34,251 nucleotides of DNA, taken from the NCBI GenBank assembly GCA_043816185.1, contig JBDRIG010000053.1, positions 1 through 34,251 on the forward strand, given 5' to 3'. Shown one piece after another: positions 10,344 through 20,007 of this stretch; within the stretch, counting starts at the first letter, position 1; each line of letters starts with the position of its first letter. Source of the DNA: Elusimicrobiota bacterium. GTDB taxonomy: Bacteria; Elusimicrobiota; UBA8919. A program made the translations under genes and the position numbers. The notes under the pieces are model-generated. The model was not told where the DNA came from, did not search any database, and saw nothing but the letters and a program-made list of their open reading frames with translations.

Positions 10344-12809
10344 TTATTGTATCACTATATTTTGTAAATTGCCATTGGTAGAAAATTTTATTTTTAATGT
10401 CCCATTAAAATATTTAACTGATACTTTTTTTTCTGAATTTTCTGAAGACGAATTAATTTTTACAGATTTTGGTTTTTGTGGATATTTTAATTCTATCTCA
10501 GCATTATATGTAGAAGGTGCATGTACATCTAATGATAAAAATTTTCCATCAATTTTGTAATTTAGCACTTCAATATTGCTATATCTGATTTTAATCTGTT
10601 CGCTTAGAGAAACATTTAATGGCAATATCTGAGCCGTGCTACGGAACATTGATATCTCTGGAATCTTTGTATATTTTGTCTCACCTGGAAGAACTAATTT
10701 TACGCTAACCATTTCATCTTGTCTATGATAATTATGTAAAAACAAAAAGCCGAATTTATCATGCCGCTCATTTATGTAGTTATGTGTCATACCTTTGATG
10801 CGAAAGCAAGTGGTGGGATTATCACTACTTCTCAATGTTGCAGAGATATTTGAATTCGTAAGTTCTATTGTTCGCTTTATACCGAGCATATCTGCAAAAT
10901 ATTTTATTATATCTATATGATAATTAAATAAATGTGTAATACCAAATCCAAAAACTACAACCTCACCTTTTCCAATTTTTCTTTTTAACCCACAAACCAA
11001 ATTGTTCACTGTTTTAGATATGATTTCGTCTTCGGCTACCGCACTGTAAACCTGAACTTTATCTACGGTATACACATCGCTACCCCACCGATTATCCTTG
11101 ACTCGGAGATCTAATTTTTTGGTTGGCAGGCGGGCTGGATTATTTTTAACAAAAACAATATTTTCATTGATACTATTTTGTATAGAAAATCCAAAACTTT
11201 TAGCAATATTTTGTGTTACAGAGGGACCTATAACTAATTTCCCTCCACATTTAACGAATTCAACTAATTTTTGTTCTGTTTGAAAATCCATAAATTCAAG
11301 TGAAAAAACCCACAGATGCGGAATCTTTTTAAGTTCAGAGATTGCAATTGTTTCTAAATTAACAAAATTGTAATTAAATCCAGCAAGCTGCACCAATCTT
11401 GCAATACCATCAAAAAAGAAATTATTTCTTTTCATTTCAAGTTCATTTATAAATTTTCCTTGTAAAAGTTCTGTTGCATAATAAGGTGGATAAAAACCAA
11501 TTGTTGTGTCGAACATTTTTTTCGTTTGTGCCAATTTGCTTCCAAAAGATTTTATAAATGTACCAAAAAGTTTTATTGGTTTAAAATGTAATCTTTCTTT
11601 TCCTTCGGAACTAACGGGTGCCTGCCATTCATGATAACTACCAAATATACCTGTCCCTAATTGATCTTTTCCGCCTGAGAACATATAACAGTTCAATCCA
11701 TTTAATCCATGTGCAGTAGATGTTTTCAAATTTAGCTCAACATCTTGGGAATAAATTTTTGGTCTATCTAACAGTATGCCTGTTTGCAGTTCACAGCACA
11801 TACTCGGAATGTGGGGTGAGGAAACCATTTTTACCACTTCGGTAGTTATCGCTACATCGTGAAAATTTTCCCAATCTAATTCTCGCATTTGATATGCACC
11901 ACCAAAAATTACATCTGGAACATATTTTATAAAATTCTTAAACATAATTGTCGTCATAGGACTATATATTCCACGACCTCGCACATCAAAATCATAAAAC
12001 TGCGGTATATTAGCAATAACTGGAACTGTTATGCCAAATTTTTTTGCGGTTGTGTAAAGTATTCCGAAATATCTTGCATAATAATCGCAATAGAAATAGA
12101 TCCAATCACAATACAATAAAAATTTTTCTTTTTCTGCCTCATTATTTGGTTGTGAAATTTCATCAAAATTTTGATATTTTGTATCGTAAGAATTGTTCAA
12201 TTTGTTTATAGTTCCATACTTATCTTGTAGAAAATTTCTATACATCTTCTCCGTATTTTCACTATAATCAGGTGCCTTATGCAGCCATTGAATCACACCA
12301 ATTTCATTACAAAGTTGAGCAAGAATTATTGGACCATTTTTTTCAATTTGAAATTCCGATATTAAGGGTAAAAGTTTAGAATACCATCTTTCAACAAATT
12401 TTAAGTAAGTTGGATTGTGATAAGAAATAAGGGTTACTTGTGTTAGTTTCGCCAACTCTTTTGCTTTTACATATACCTGTGGATAATTTTCATATAACCA
12501 TTTTGGAAGACCCTCACAAATTAGTTCTGCGTTTGAAGCAGGACCCACTCTGGCAATAAAATAAAGATTTAATTCCTTCAGAAGTTTTATAAAAGCTAAG
12601 AGTTCATCAAAATTGAATTCTCCTTCTTCTTTTTCGTGTATACACCAAGGAATATACGACGATATTGTGTTTAGTCCTGCTTTTTTTGCTTTCAAAAGAT
12701 GTGCACGCCAATATTTTTTTTCAATACGGAAATAGTGCATTTCACCCGAATAAACAAAAAACGGTTTTTGGTTTAATAAAATCATGTTATTGATAAGTTC
12801 GATTTTCAT
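10344..12809 (-). CDS. GH35 glycoside hydrolase/transglycosylase, GlmA/SGT-like architecture
   Basis: SGEMHYFR, AGLNTISSYIPW..HE..EG.FNF, GGLP-like EGLPKWL, QLCNE acid/base, CELQTG, NCYMFSGG, and a GH42-like middle domain LWVFSLEFMD...LVEFVKCGGKLVIGP. Confidence 0.85.
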   Translation of the reverse strand: MKIELINNMILLNQKPFFVYSGEMHYFRIEKKYWRAHLLKAKKAGLNTISSYIPWCIHEKEEGEFNFDELLAFIKLLKELNLYFIARVGPASNAELICEGLPKWLYENYPQVYVKAKELAKLTQVTLISYHNPTYLKFVERWYSKLLPLISEFQIEKNGPIILAQLCNEIGVIQWLHKAPDYSENTEKMYRNFLQDKYGTINKLNNSYDTKYQNFDEISQPNNEAEKEKFLLYCDWIYFYCDYYARYFGILYTTAKKFGITVPVIANIPQFYDFDVRGRGIYSPMTTIMFKNFIKYVPDVIFGGAYQMRELDWENFHDVAITTEVVKMVSSPHIPSMCCELQTGILLDRPKIYSQDVELNLKTSTAHGLNGLNCYMFSGGKDQLGTGIFGSYHEWQAPVSSEGKERLHFKPIKLFGTFIKSFGSKLAQTKKMFDTTIGFYPPYYATELLQGKFINELEMKRNNFFFDGIARLVQLAGFNYNFVNLETIAISELKKIPHLWVFSLEFMDFQTEQKLVEFVKCGGKLVIGPSVTQNIAKSFGFSIQNSINENIVFVKNNPARLPTKKLDLRVKDNRWGSDVYTVDKVQVYSAVAEDEIISKTVNNLVCGLKRKIGKGEVVVFGFGITHLFNYHIDIIKYFADMLGIKRTIELTNSNISATLRSSDNPTTCFRIKGMTHNYINERHDKFGFLFLHNYHRQDEMVSVKLVLPGETKYTKIPEISMFRSTAQILPLNVSLSEQIKIRYSNIEVLNYKIDGKFLSLDVHAPSTYNAEIELKYPQKPKSVKINSSSENSEKKVSVKYFNGTLKIKFSTNGNLQNIVIQ

Positions 12810-12871
12810 ATTATTTCACTACAGAGATACAGAAAAAGATACTAACGCAATTATATACTGACTAGAAGCGG

Positions 12872-12955
12872 AGAAGCGAATGAAATGAGCGACGAAGCAA
12901 TCTCGGTTTTCAACACAGAGATTGCCACGAGTCCTGCGTGTAATACTTCACAATT
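12872..12955. repeat. REP-like dispersed repeat, copy A
   Basis: agaagcgaatgaaatgagcgacgaagcaatctcg...gagattgccac...gtgtaatacttcacaatt; closely matches 25373-25462 and, inverted and partial, 34077-34110. Confidence 0.8.
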
Positions 12956-12965
12956 CACTATCTTT

Positions 12966-13838
12966 TTATCCTTTCAATCCAGTAGTGCTAAAACTTCCTA
13001 TAATAAATTTTTGGGCAAATAAAAAAATTAAAATCATCGGTGCTACGACGATAAGCGAACCACCCATTAACAAACCATAATCTGTAGCATATTCACCACT
13101 AAGGTTTGCAAGTGCAACAGGTAAAGTATATTTACTCTCTTTCGTAAGAACAATCAAAGGCCATAAAAAATTATTCCACGCACCCATAAACGCAAATACA
13201 CCAAGTGCTGCAAGCACAGGTTTACAGAGAGGCAAAATTATATTCCAAAAAATTCTAAAATCCGAACAACCATCAATTCTTGCAGATTCTATTAATTCAT
13301 TTGGTATGGAAGACATAAATTGTCTTATTAAAAAAATATTAAAAGCACTTGCCATAGCAGGAATTATCAATCCAAAATATGAATTAAGTAATCCGAGTGA
13401 TTTCAAAATTAAAAAAACCGGTATCATTGTCATTTGACCAGGAACCATAAGTGTCGTCAATAAAAGTGCAAATATCTTTTCTTTACCTGGAAAATTTAGT
13501 TTTGCAAATGCAAACGCCGCCAAAGCATTAACAAATAAACTTAAAATAGTAATAGCGATAGCAATTATCAAACTATTTTTTGTACAAACACCAAAATCAA
13601 ACCCTAATTTCCCTTTTTTCTCTCTTACCTGAGGCGATTCTATACCAAAAAGCCGTTGATAATTTTCCAAAGTTGGCGATTTCGGTACCCATTGTGGAGG
13701 GTAAGTAAAAATGCTTTCGGAAGATTTAAAAGAAGTGGAAATCATCCATACAAAAGGTGTAAGTGTAATTACTAGCCCAATTAGTAAAAAAATATGCACC
13801 GAAAATCTACGAAATTTTTGTAACATTGTCTTCCACAT
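12966..13838 (-). CDS. Carbohydrate ABC transporter permease (MalG-like)
   Basis: TM profile, EAA loop ELIESARIDGCS, WNNFLWPLIV, TLPVAL; GGAGG SD. Confidence 0.95.
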   Translation of the reverse strand: MWKTMLQKFRRFSVHIFLLIGLVITLTPFVWMISTSFKSSESIFTYPPQWVPKSPTLENYQRLFGIESPQVREKKGKLGFDFGVCTKNSLIIAIAITILSLFVNALAAFAFAKLNFPGKEKIFALLLTTLMVPGQMTMIPVFLILKSLGLLNSYFGLIIPAMASAFNIFLIRQFMSSIPNELIESARIDGCSDFRIFWNIILPLCKPVLAALGVFAFMGAWNNFLWPLIVLTKESKYTLPVALANLSGEYATDYGLLMGGSLIVVAPMILIFLFAQKFIIGSFSTTGLKG

Positions 13839-13988
13839 TTAATAAACCTCCCATAAATAGGACAGGAAATAGTACTTAAGAATTGATTAAATTAACAACT
13901 CTACTATTCCACATTCCTTCGCTACAGGTTTCACCTGCGGTGAACCTATTTAATTATTTGTTGGCTTTTTTGTTCCTTACCTCGTATT

Positions 13989-16271
13989 TTATTCTTCCTT
14001 CTGAAGTTTTAGTTGTAGCATTGTAAAACTGAATATTATCGCAAACAATACATATGCAATGGCAGACGCGTATCCAAATTGAAAAAATTTAAATCCTCGA
14101 TAGTACATATGCAATACTATAGAAACCGTGCTGTTCAAAGGTCCACCCTGCGTCATAACATATGGTTCATCAAAAAATTGAAAATATCCAATAAGCGTTG
14201 TGATTGTTATAAACAGCGTGGTTGGCTTTAAGCCAGGAACTGTGATGTACCAGAAACTTTGCCATCTATCAGCACCATCAACTTTTGCAGATTCGTATAA
14301 AGACAATGGTATTGCTTGAAGACCTGCAAGAAAAATTACCATGTTGTATCCAAAACCTTTCCAAATAGCCATAGCAATAAGTGACGGTAAAGCAAGCTTT
14401 GTATCCATAAGCCAGTTTTTGGGTGATATTCCCAATAATCCTAAAAACCAATTTATAATACCATAATCGGGATTATAAAGCCACTTCCATATTACTGCTA
14501 CTGCTACGAGTGTAGTTATTACTGGAATAAAATAACATGCACGAAAAAATGATTTAAATTTGACAAAAGTTTCATTTAACACAATTGCCATAAAAAGCGA
14601 AATAACGATTGAAATCGGTACCCCTACGCCAACAAAAATAGCGGTATTTCTCAATGACTTCCAAAATACATCGTCGCTAAAAAGCGATATGTAGTTTGTA
14701 AATCCTACAAACGATATTTTTCTCCAATCGGTTATGGAATTGACATCACAATTTGACAAACTCAACAAAAATGATGTTATGATAGGAATAAACAAAAAAA
14801 TTAGAAGTATGATTGTTGCAGGAAAAATAAAAATGTAAGGTGTATAACTCAATTTATCAACATTGCTATTAGATCCTTTCTTCCATAATAAAAATAGTAT
14901 CGCACAAATTACTACAACGGTGGAAAAAATTGAAAAAAATAAAGTTGAATTATAGGATTTTGAATGTTTTCTTTCCAGCACAGTATTAATTCCAGATATT
15001 ATCTCTTTAAGCATTTTATCTTCATTTTCGCCACCCCAAGTAACACTTTCAACCTTCTGTCCGATGATATGTGTTATCTCTTCCCACTCAGGAATATTTG
15101 GTGGACTCGCTGCGTCTTCTAACTGCTGTCCAAAAACTTTTACCATCGGTTTATTATCAAAAAAAGGGTCGCCCCAAGCAGCACGCAACGACGGTAAATC
15201 AGCGGTTAATTTATACCATTTTATTTGGTTTTCGGGTCTGCTCATAAACTCAATAAATTTCCATGCAGTTTCTTTATGTTTCGATTTATTAAAAACTACT
15301 AGATTACAACCACCAACAAATGAAGTTTGTTTTTTCCTTTTCCATAAAACAGATACATCCCATTTTCCTTTTATTTCGGGACATTCTTTTTCAACAAGTT
15401 CTACCATCCAGGGACCAGAAATGAACATTGCGTAATAACCCGTCTTAAATGCTTGAAATAGATTAATATCCGCACCAGTTGTAATAGGTGCAATCTTTTC
15501 TTTTTTAAATATATCAACATAGAACTTGAATGCTTCTCGGAAACAATCTGTCCCAGCAGCGGCATATCTATTGTCGCTCGTAAGAAAATTAGCATCATTC
15601 TGCCATACAAAAAGCCCTAATTCTGTCCAAACACCACCACCACCAGATGGCAAATTTATACCCCACTTATCAATTTTTCCGTCGCCATTTGTATCTTTGG
15701 TTAATTTCTTACCAATTTTTATAAGTTCGTCCCATGTTCTTGGTGGATGATCGTAACCAACCTGTTTTAATAAGTCCTTACGATAGAAGAGAACCCTTGT
15801 ATCGACGTACCATGGAATACCATACAACTTTTTTTCTATAACATTCGTACTCCACGAGCCAGCAAAAAATTTATTTTTTGATATAAAGTTTGAGCTTTCT
15901 GCATACTTATCGAGCTGAGTAAGTGAATTCATCGCATTAAATTCTGCCATCCAAGTTGTACCAAGTTGACTTACATCAGGCGGCACTCCACCAATAACTG
16001 CCGTCATAAGTTTCTCGTGTGCAGCACCCCAAGGTATTGCCTGAGTAATTACTTTTACATCGGGATTTTCTTGTTCGAACAATTGCGCCATTTCTGGTAT
16101 TTTTCTACCCTCAGCACCCATCGCCCAAACGGTCAATGTTTCTTTTGCAGTCTTTGCAAAAACGGTCGATAAACCAGACATTAACAATGTTACAAAAAAC
16201 GTGAATTGTAGGACGTGAATTGCAAAACGTGAACCGTAAATAACAGATATTCTTTTTTTATTCATTTTCAT
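13989..16271 (-). CDS. Fused extracellular sugar-binding protein + MalF-like permease
   Basis: N-terminal family-1 binding protein (PDVSQLGTTW, YGIPWYVDTRVLFYRKDLL, AMFISGPW), then permease (LYESAKVDGA, FDEPYVMTQGGP) in one open frame. ATG at 16271 fits the AGGAG SD (track starts at GTG 16280). Confidence 0.9.
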   Translation of the reverse strand: MKMNKKRISVIYGSRFAIHVLQFTFFVTLLMSGLSTVFAKTAKETLTVWAMGAEGRKIPEMAQLFEQENPDVKVITQAIPWGAAHEKLMTAVIGGVPPDVSQLGTTWMAEFNAMNSLTQLDKYAESSNFISKNKFFAGSWSTNVIEKKLYGIPWYVDTRVLFYRKDLLKQVGYDHPPRTWDELIKIGKKLTKDTNGDGKIDKWGINLPSGGGGVWTELGLFVWQNDANFLTSDNRYAAAGTDCFREAFKFYVDIFKKEKIAPITTGADINLFQAFKTGYYAMFISGPWMVELVEKECPEIKGKWDVSVLWKRKKQTSFVGGCNLVVFNKSKHKETAWKFIEFMSRPENQIKWYKLTADLPSLRAAWGDPFFDNKPMVKVFGQQLEDAASPPNIPEWEEITHIIGQKVESVTWGGENEDKMLKEIISGINTVLERKHSKSYNSTLFFSIFSTVVVICAILFLLWKKGSNSNVDKLSYTPYIFIFPATIILLIFLFIPIITSFLLSLSNCDVNSITDWRKISFVGFTNYISLFSDDVFWKSLRNTAIFVGVGVPISIVISLFMAIVLNETFVKFKSFFRACYFIPVITTLVAVAVIWKWLYNPDYGIINWFLGLLGISPKNWLMDTKLALPSLIAMAIWKGFGYNMVIFLAGLQAIPLSLYESAKVDGADRWQSFWYITVPGLKPTTLFITITTLIGYFQFFDEPYVMTQGGPLNSTVSIVLHMYYRGFKFFQFGYASAIAYVLFAIIFSFTMLQLKLQKEE

Positions 16272-16548
16272 TTCATACACTCCTGTTTGTTATGCCTGCT
16301 TTTCGCCTACACTGGGCCTTAGATAATTCTTACAACTCTCAATTCCACCATTTTCTTATTGCTACCGATATATCATTCTTAACGGAATTTTTGATTTGCC
16401 TGTGGTTACTGTTGTTACCGAAATTGTGAAGTATTACACTTCGGAACAATTGGATTAATGCCCATGAATTTTATAATGTCCCATAGCCCCGTAGTGGCGA
16501 TATATTAGTAGAAACTCACCGCTTTTAAGGACGATTATACGGAAATTA

Positions 16549-18750
16549 CTAAAAACTTAAATTAGCAAAAATATTTAAATAATTATCGTTATATGGCGAA
16601 CCCTTTGGCTCCCATGATGAATCACCAAATCGCGTTGTTTTGTAACTTATTAAGAAACCAAAATCAGTCATTATTTTGTAGTCAACATCTGTTTGCAACG
16701 AGTGGGTTATGTATTTTCTGCTTGTTGCAGGATGATAAATTTTATCTTCTTGCAATGTAAGTTTTAAAACAAATGGCGATTTCAAACCAGGCGTATTAGG
16801 ATAAATAAAATTATATTTACAATAAATTTTTAAACTTTCAACCTCTTCGTTCTTATCTATTTCCATCGTTGTGTTTTTATACTCTTCAGTTCTTATTTCC
16901 TTATTTAATTTTAACTCCATTTCTTTGGGACCAAAATATCCTATGCCAAAATTTGTAGTTTTACGATAATATTTTTTATCGGAATTTCTTACAATATTAT
17001 CATAAAATACATTTACATTAAATCCCTTATGCCACTGCTCAAATTGAATCTTATGGCCTCTTTGATCTGCAATAACATCTTCAAATACAATTGGTTCTTG
17101 ACGATATTTTGGTTTGAAATTCGTTCCTATATCCCGATAAGAACAAACAAACTTTGTCCCTCGCCATGGTAACCCATCAAAAAATAGTTTGTATTCATAG
17201 AGTTCTGAATTCACGGTTGGAGAAGATATTGCGTGGCTATAAACAGGATTTGCGGAATCAGTATAATCTGCTTTTGCAATCTCATTGTTGTGATAATATC
17301 CATGAATTAATTCTAAATTCATTCGATAGTGAAAAAATCTTGAAAGCGAACTTATTAAGTATGAATATTCATTGCTCACTGGTTTAATTATCCAATCTTC
17401 CGATGGGACTACTATTCCATTTATTATGGACGAAGATGGTAGTTTTGCTGTTTCAGAATCATACAATCCTACAAATTGTAATCGGTGATTATCCATATAA
17501 AACATACTGCGATTACCGATAGAAAACGAGTTATAGTGTCTTTTAATTAAAAAGGTAGATTGTTCGAAGTCATTCCTTCTGCCAGATACAGAGATACCTC
17601 TCCAACCCCAGAACGGTGAAATAATGTATGGCGAATATCCTATCCATATATTGCCAACAGTTATCTTGTTGAATAGTGGGTCCACTTTATCGACGTTGAA
17701 TTGAATAGTTGGAATAGAAATTGTCGGCAAAGTTTCATTAAATTCTGTATATGGATAATCATCTATAAACTTCTGACTACCAGCTTGACCAAATTCTCGA
17801 TCTTCAATTACCGATTTTATTCTACAACTTAGTATGCCTGATTTTCCTTCAATTGTAAGTCCTGCAGAATGAAAAATTTCATTTTTTCTCTCGGGTGTCC
17901 AACGATAACTAACTCCGACATTGCCTGCTAAAAGAATCTCTGTTTTTGCCTCATCTTTTTCTGCTAAAATATCAATTTCACGGACAGTAGTTTCTGTTAA
18001 TTCTTCATTTTCATTCTCCGAAAAATAAATATTATCCAAATATATTGCCCCTGTTTTTTCGGTTGCATTTTCATTAAATACGACTGTAAACTCAGTAATA
18101 CTTTTCCAGTTATCTATTTTTTCAAATACGCTTAACGGAATAATAAATTTTTTCCAACGATTTGTTACACCGTCAATAATATATTTACTTGGCTGATTTT
18201 TTGTTTTTAATTCAATTTGAAATCTACGCGTATAGCCGTCTTTTTCACTACCACGAACAGAAAATATTAGGTATTTAGATTTGCTTAAATTTAAACCTGC
18301 ACCTGGAAAAAGAAAATAAAAACCATTAAAAGCAGTATGTGGTAAGTTATTTGTTAATCCTACGATGCTGTAGGCGGAATAATCTAATATATATGTTGGA
18401 GTGAGAAAAAAATATTTCTGTGCGGAGTCGATATCATATTCTAATTTTAGCGAATAGCCTTTCTCTCTTTTTTTGAAAGACGCTTTACAGCCTGCAGTTT
18501 TATCGTCTGGATTATTTTCCCACTGACCATTAAATTCACCAACTTTATTAACAAACTCTGCTGTATTAAAATCGTCAATCAAGATAACTTCAGATTGAAC
18601 AGATACAACTGAAACCAACAAAAAACCTGTAGCCAATAACGAATAACCAGTAGTTAATTTCAAGTGACCAGCAACCAGTTTCCAATTTTCAGTTATCAGT
18701 TTCCAGAGACCAACTGCCAATTTTAAGAAAAGCTTTTGTAAAATTTTCAT
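16549..18750 (-). CDS. Secreted protein: CBM11/CIA30-like domain + predicted outer-membrane beta-barrel
   Basis: Signal peptide; IDDFN...LKLEYDI...FQIELK...WKKFIIPLSVF...GAIYLDNIYF; C-terminal ~470 aa of amphipathic aromatic-rich strands ending NIFANLSF (terminal Phe); GGAGG SD. Confidence 0.65.
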   Translation of the reverse strand: MKILQKLFLKLAVGLWKLITENWKLVAGHLKLTTGYSLLATGFLLVSVVSVQSEVILIDDFNTAEFVNKVGEFNGQWENNPDDKTAGCKASFKKREKGYSLKLEYDIDSAQKYFFLTPTYILDYSAYSIVGLTNNLPHTAFNGFYFLFPGAGLNLSKSKYLIFSVRGSEKDGYTRRFQIELKTKNQPSKYIIDGVTNRWKKFIIPLSVFEKIDNWKSITEFTVVFNENATEKTGAIYLDNIYFSENENEELTETTVREIDILAEKDEAKTEILLAGNVGVSYRWTPERKNEIFHSAGLTIEGKSGILSCRIKSVIEDREFGQAGSQKFIDDYPYTEFNETLPTISIPTIQFNVDKVDPLFNKITVGNIWIGYSPYIISPFWGWRGISVSGRRNDFEQSTFLIKRHYNSFSIGNRSMFYMDNHRLQFVGLYDSETAKLPSSSIINGIVVPSEDWIIKPVSNEYSYLISSLSRFFHYRMNLELIHGYYHNNEIAKADYTDSANPVYSHAISSPTVNSELYEYKLFFDGLPWRGTKFVCSYRDIGTNFKPKYRQEPIVFEDVIADQRGHKIQFEQWHKGFNVNVFYDNIVRNSDKKYYRKTTNFGIGYFGPKEMELKLNKEIRTEEYKNTTMEIDKNEEVESLKIYCKYNFIYPNTPGLKSPFVLKLTLQEDKIYHPATSRKYITHSLQTDVDYKIMTDFGFLISYKTTRFGDSSWEPKGSPYNDNYLNIFANLSF
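18625..18722. repeat. Degenerate heptamer tandem array (14 units) inside a signal-peptide coding region
   Basis: acctgta gccaata acgaata accagta gttaatt tcaagtg accagca accagtt tccaatt ttcagtt atcagtt tccagag accaact gccaatt. Confidence 0.7.
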
Positions 18751-18856
18751 AGCAAACCTCCGAATTTCTTGACATAAGTTTTATACAACATTACACAACA
18801 TAGAACTCTCATTTGTTTTATAGTCAGAACTTCGCTCTACAGCCACTACTACTACT

Positions 18857-19753
18857 CTACTTACCAGCTCTTATTGATAATGTAAAAAAGTGGGTATACC
18901 CCAACATACAATGTTCAGAAAATGCCCAGTCAAATTGCAGATTATTAAAGTTTAAGCTGAGGCCATAAGCGACAATATTTTTTTTACTCGATAGATTGTT
19001 TATGCCTGCCCTTAAACCAATCGTCTTTTTTAATGTCAACAATTCAATCCCAGAATTTAATTTTTTTAATTTTTCATAATCGAATGCAATTTTTAAATTT
19101 TCTATTGGACTGTAACTCATACCTGGACGAAAATTTATGTCCAATTTATCTGTCACACCTGTATCCCAAACAATTTTTGAATTATTTAAATTTTGTAACA
19201 TCAGTCCCAAATTAAGTTTTTTGTCAAATAACTCATACAATAACCCTGTATCCAATCCCCATCCAGAAGCATTGCTTTCTGAAAATAGACGATAGAATTT
19301 AAAATTTACTCCGCAAAATAAATTTTTTGGATATGCAACTCGCCCTGCAAGTGTAACAATGTAGGTGTCTTCAGTGTAATCAAATTCAACATTATTTGTT
19401 GTACCAATTCTATGGATTGAAATTGCAGTATTTAATACATTGCCTGGAACAGAAAATGCAACATAATTTTGGGTTAACAGATTTAATGAATAAAAATCTC
19501 TATATGAAAACATTACTTGATGCTTATTAATTTTACCTATTCCAGCAGGATTGTAATATACGCTATTAAGATCGTCGCTAATTCCAGTAAACGCACCGCC
19601 TAAACCTTGTGGTCGTGCATTTAAACCAGTGTCGTCAAAAGCAGAGTGTAGGAGGGATTGAGCAGGGAGTAAAAAAAGCAAAAAAACCAGGGCGTAGAAA
19701 TAGCAGGACAAGGAGTAATAAAACCAAGATAATAGATTTATAGATTTTTTCAT
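18857..19753 (-). CDS. PorV/PorP-SprF/FadL-like outer-membrane barrel protein
   Basis: Signal peptide then SAF...ARPQGLGGAFTGISDDLNSVYYNPAGI, GWGLDTGLLY, LQFDWAF...LGYTHFFTL. ATG at 19753 preferred; the GTG at 19813 lies in repeat DNA. Confidence 0.8.
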   Translation of the reverse strand: MKKSINLLSWFYYSLSCYFYALVFLLFLLPAQSLLHSAFDDTGLNARPQGLGGAFTGISDDLNSVYYNPAGIGKINKHQVMFSYRDFYSLNLLTQNYVAFSVPGNVLNTAISIHRIGTTNNVEFDYTEDTYIVTLAGRVAYPKNLFCGVNFKFYRLFSESNASGWGLDTGLLYELFDKKLNLGLMLQNLNNSKIVWDTGVTDKLDINFRPGMSYSPIENLKIAFDYEKLKKLNSGIELLTLKKTIGLRAGINNLSSKKNIVAYGLSLNFNNLQFDWAFSEHCMLGYTHFFTLSIRAGK

Positions 19754-19837
19754 TTTTATTTTTTTGTTCTTGGAAAATTTTTTATAACTTCTTATTTTAT
19801 TCGCTTCGCACACAATGACTGGCAGGTAGCTCGCAAT

Positions 19838-19954
19838 CAGACTGTGTCACAATGAGCTAAAAAGTTGCATTTTTATAGAAGATAGCAACTGATGGTAAAA
19901 TATGGTACTGCAATTCAACACTAGATGGTAAAAGATGGATTGCGACACAGTCTG
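19838..19954. mobile_element. 117-bp MITE-like element, copy 2
   Basis: cagactgtgtcacaat ... attgcgacacagtctg; 3 substitutions relative to 6139-6255. Confidence 0.8.
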
Positions 19955-20007
19955 GATGACGACTAACTGAGATCGTCTCACTATCCATTACTTCTTTATC
20001 TTACCCT

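Noticed and set aside
19754..19813. GTG-initiated N-terminal extension of the PorV-like gene
   Set aside because: Starts in repeat-derived DNA; ATG 19753 gives a normal signal peptide.
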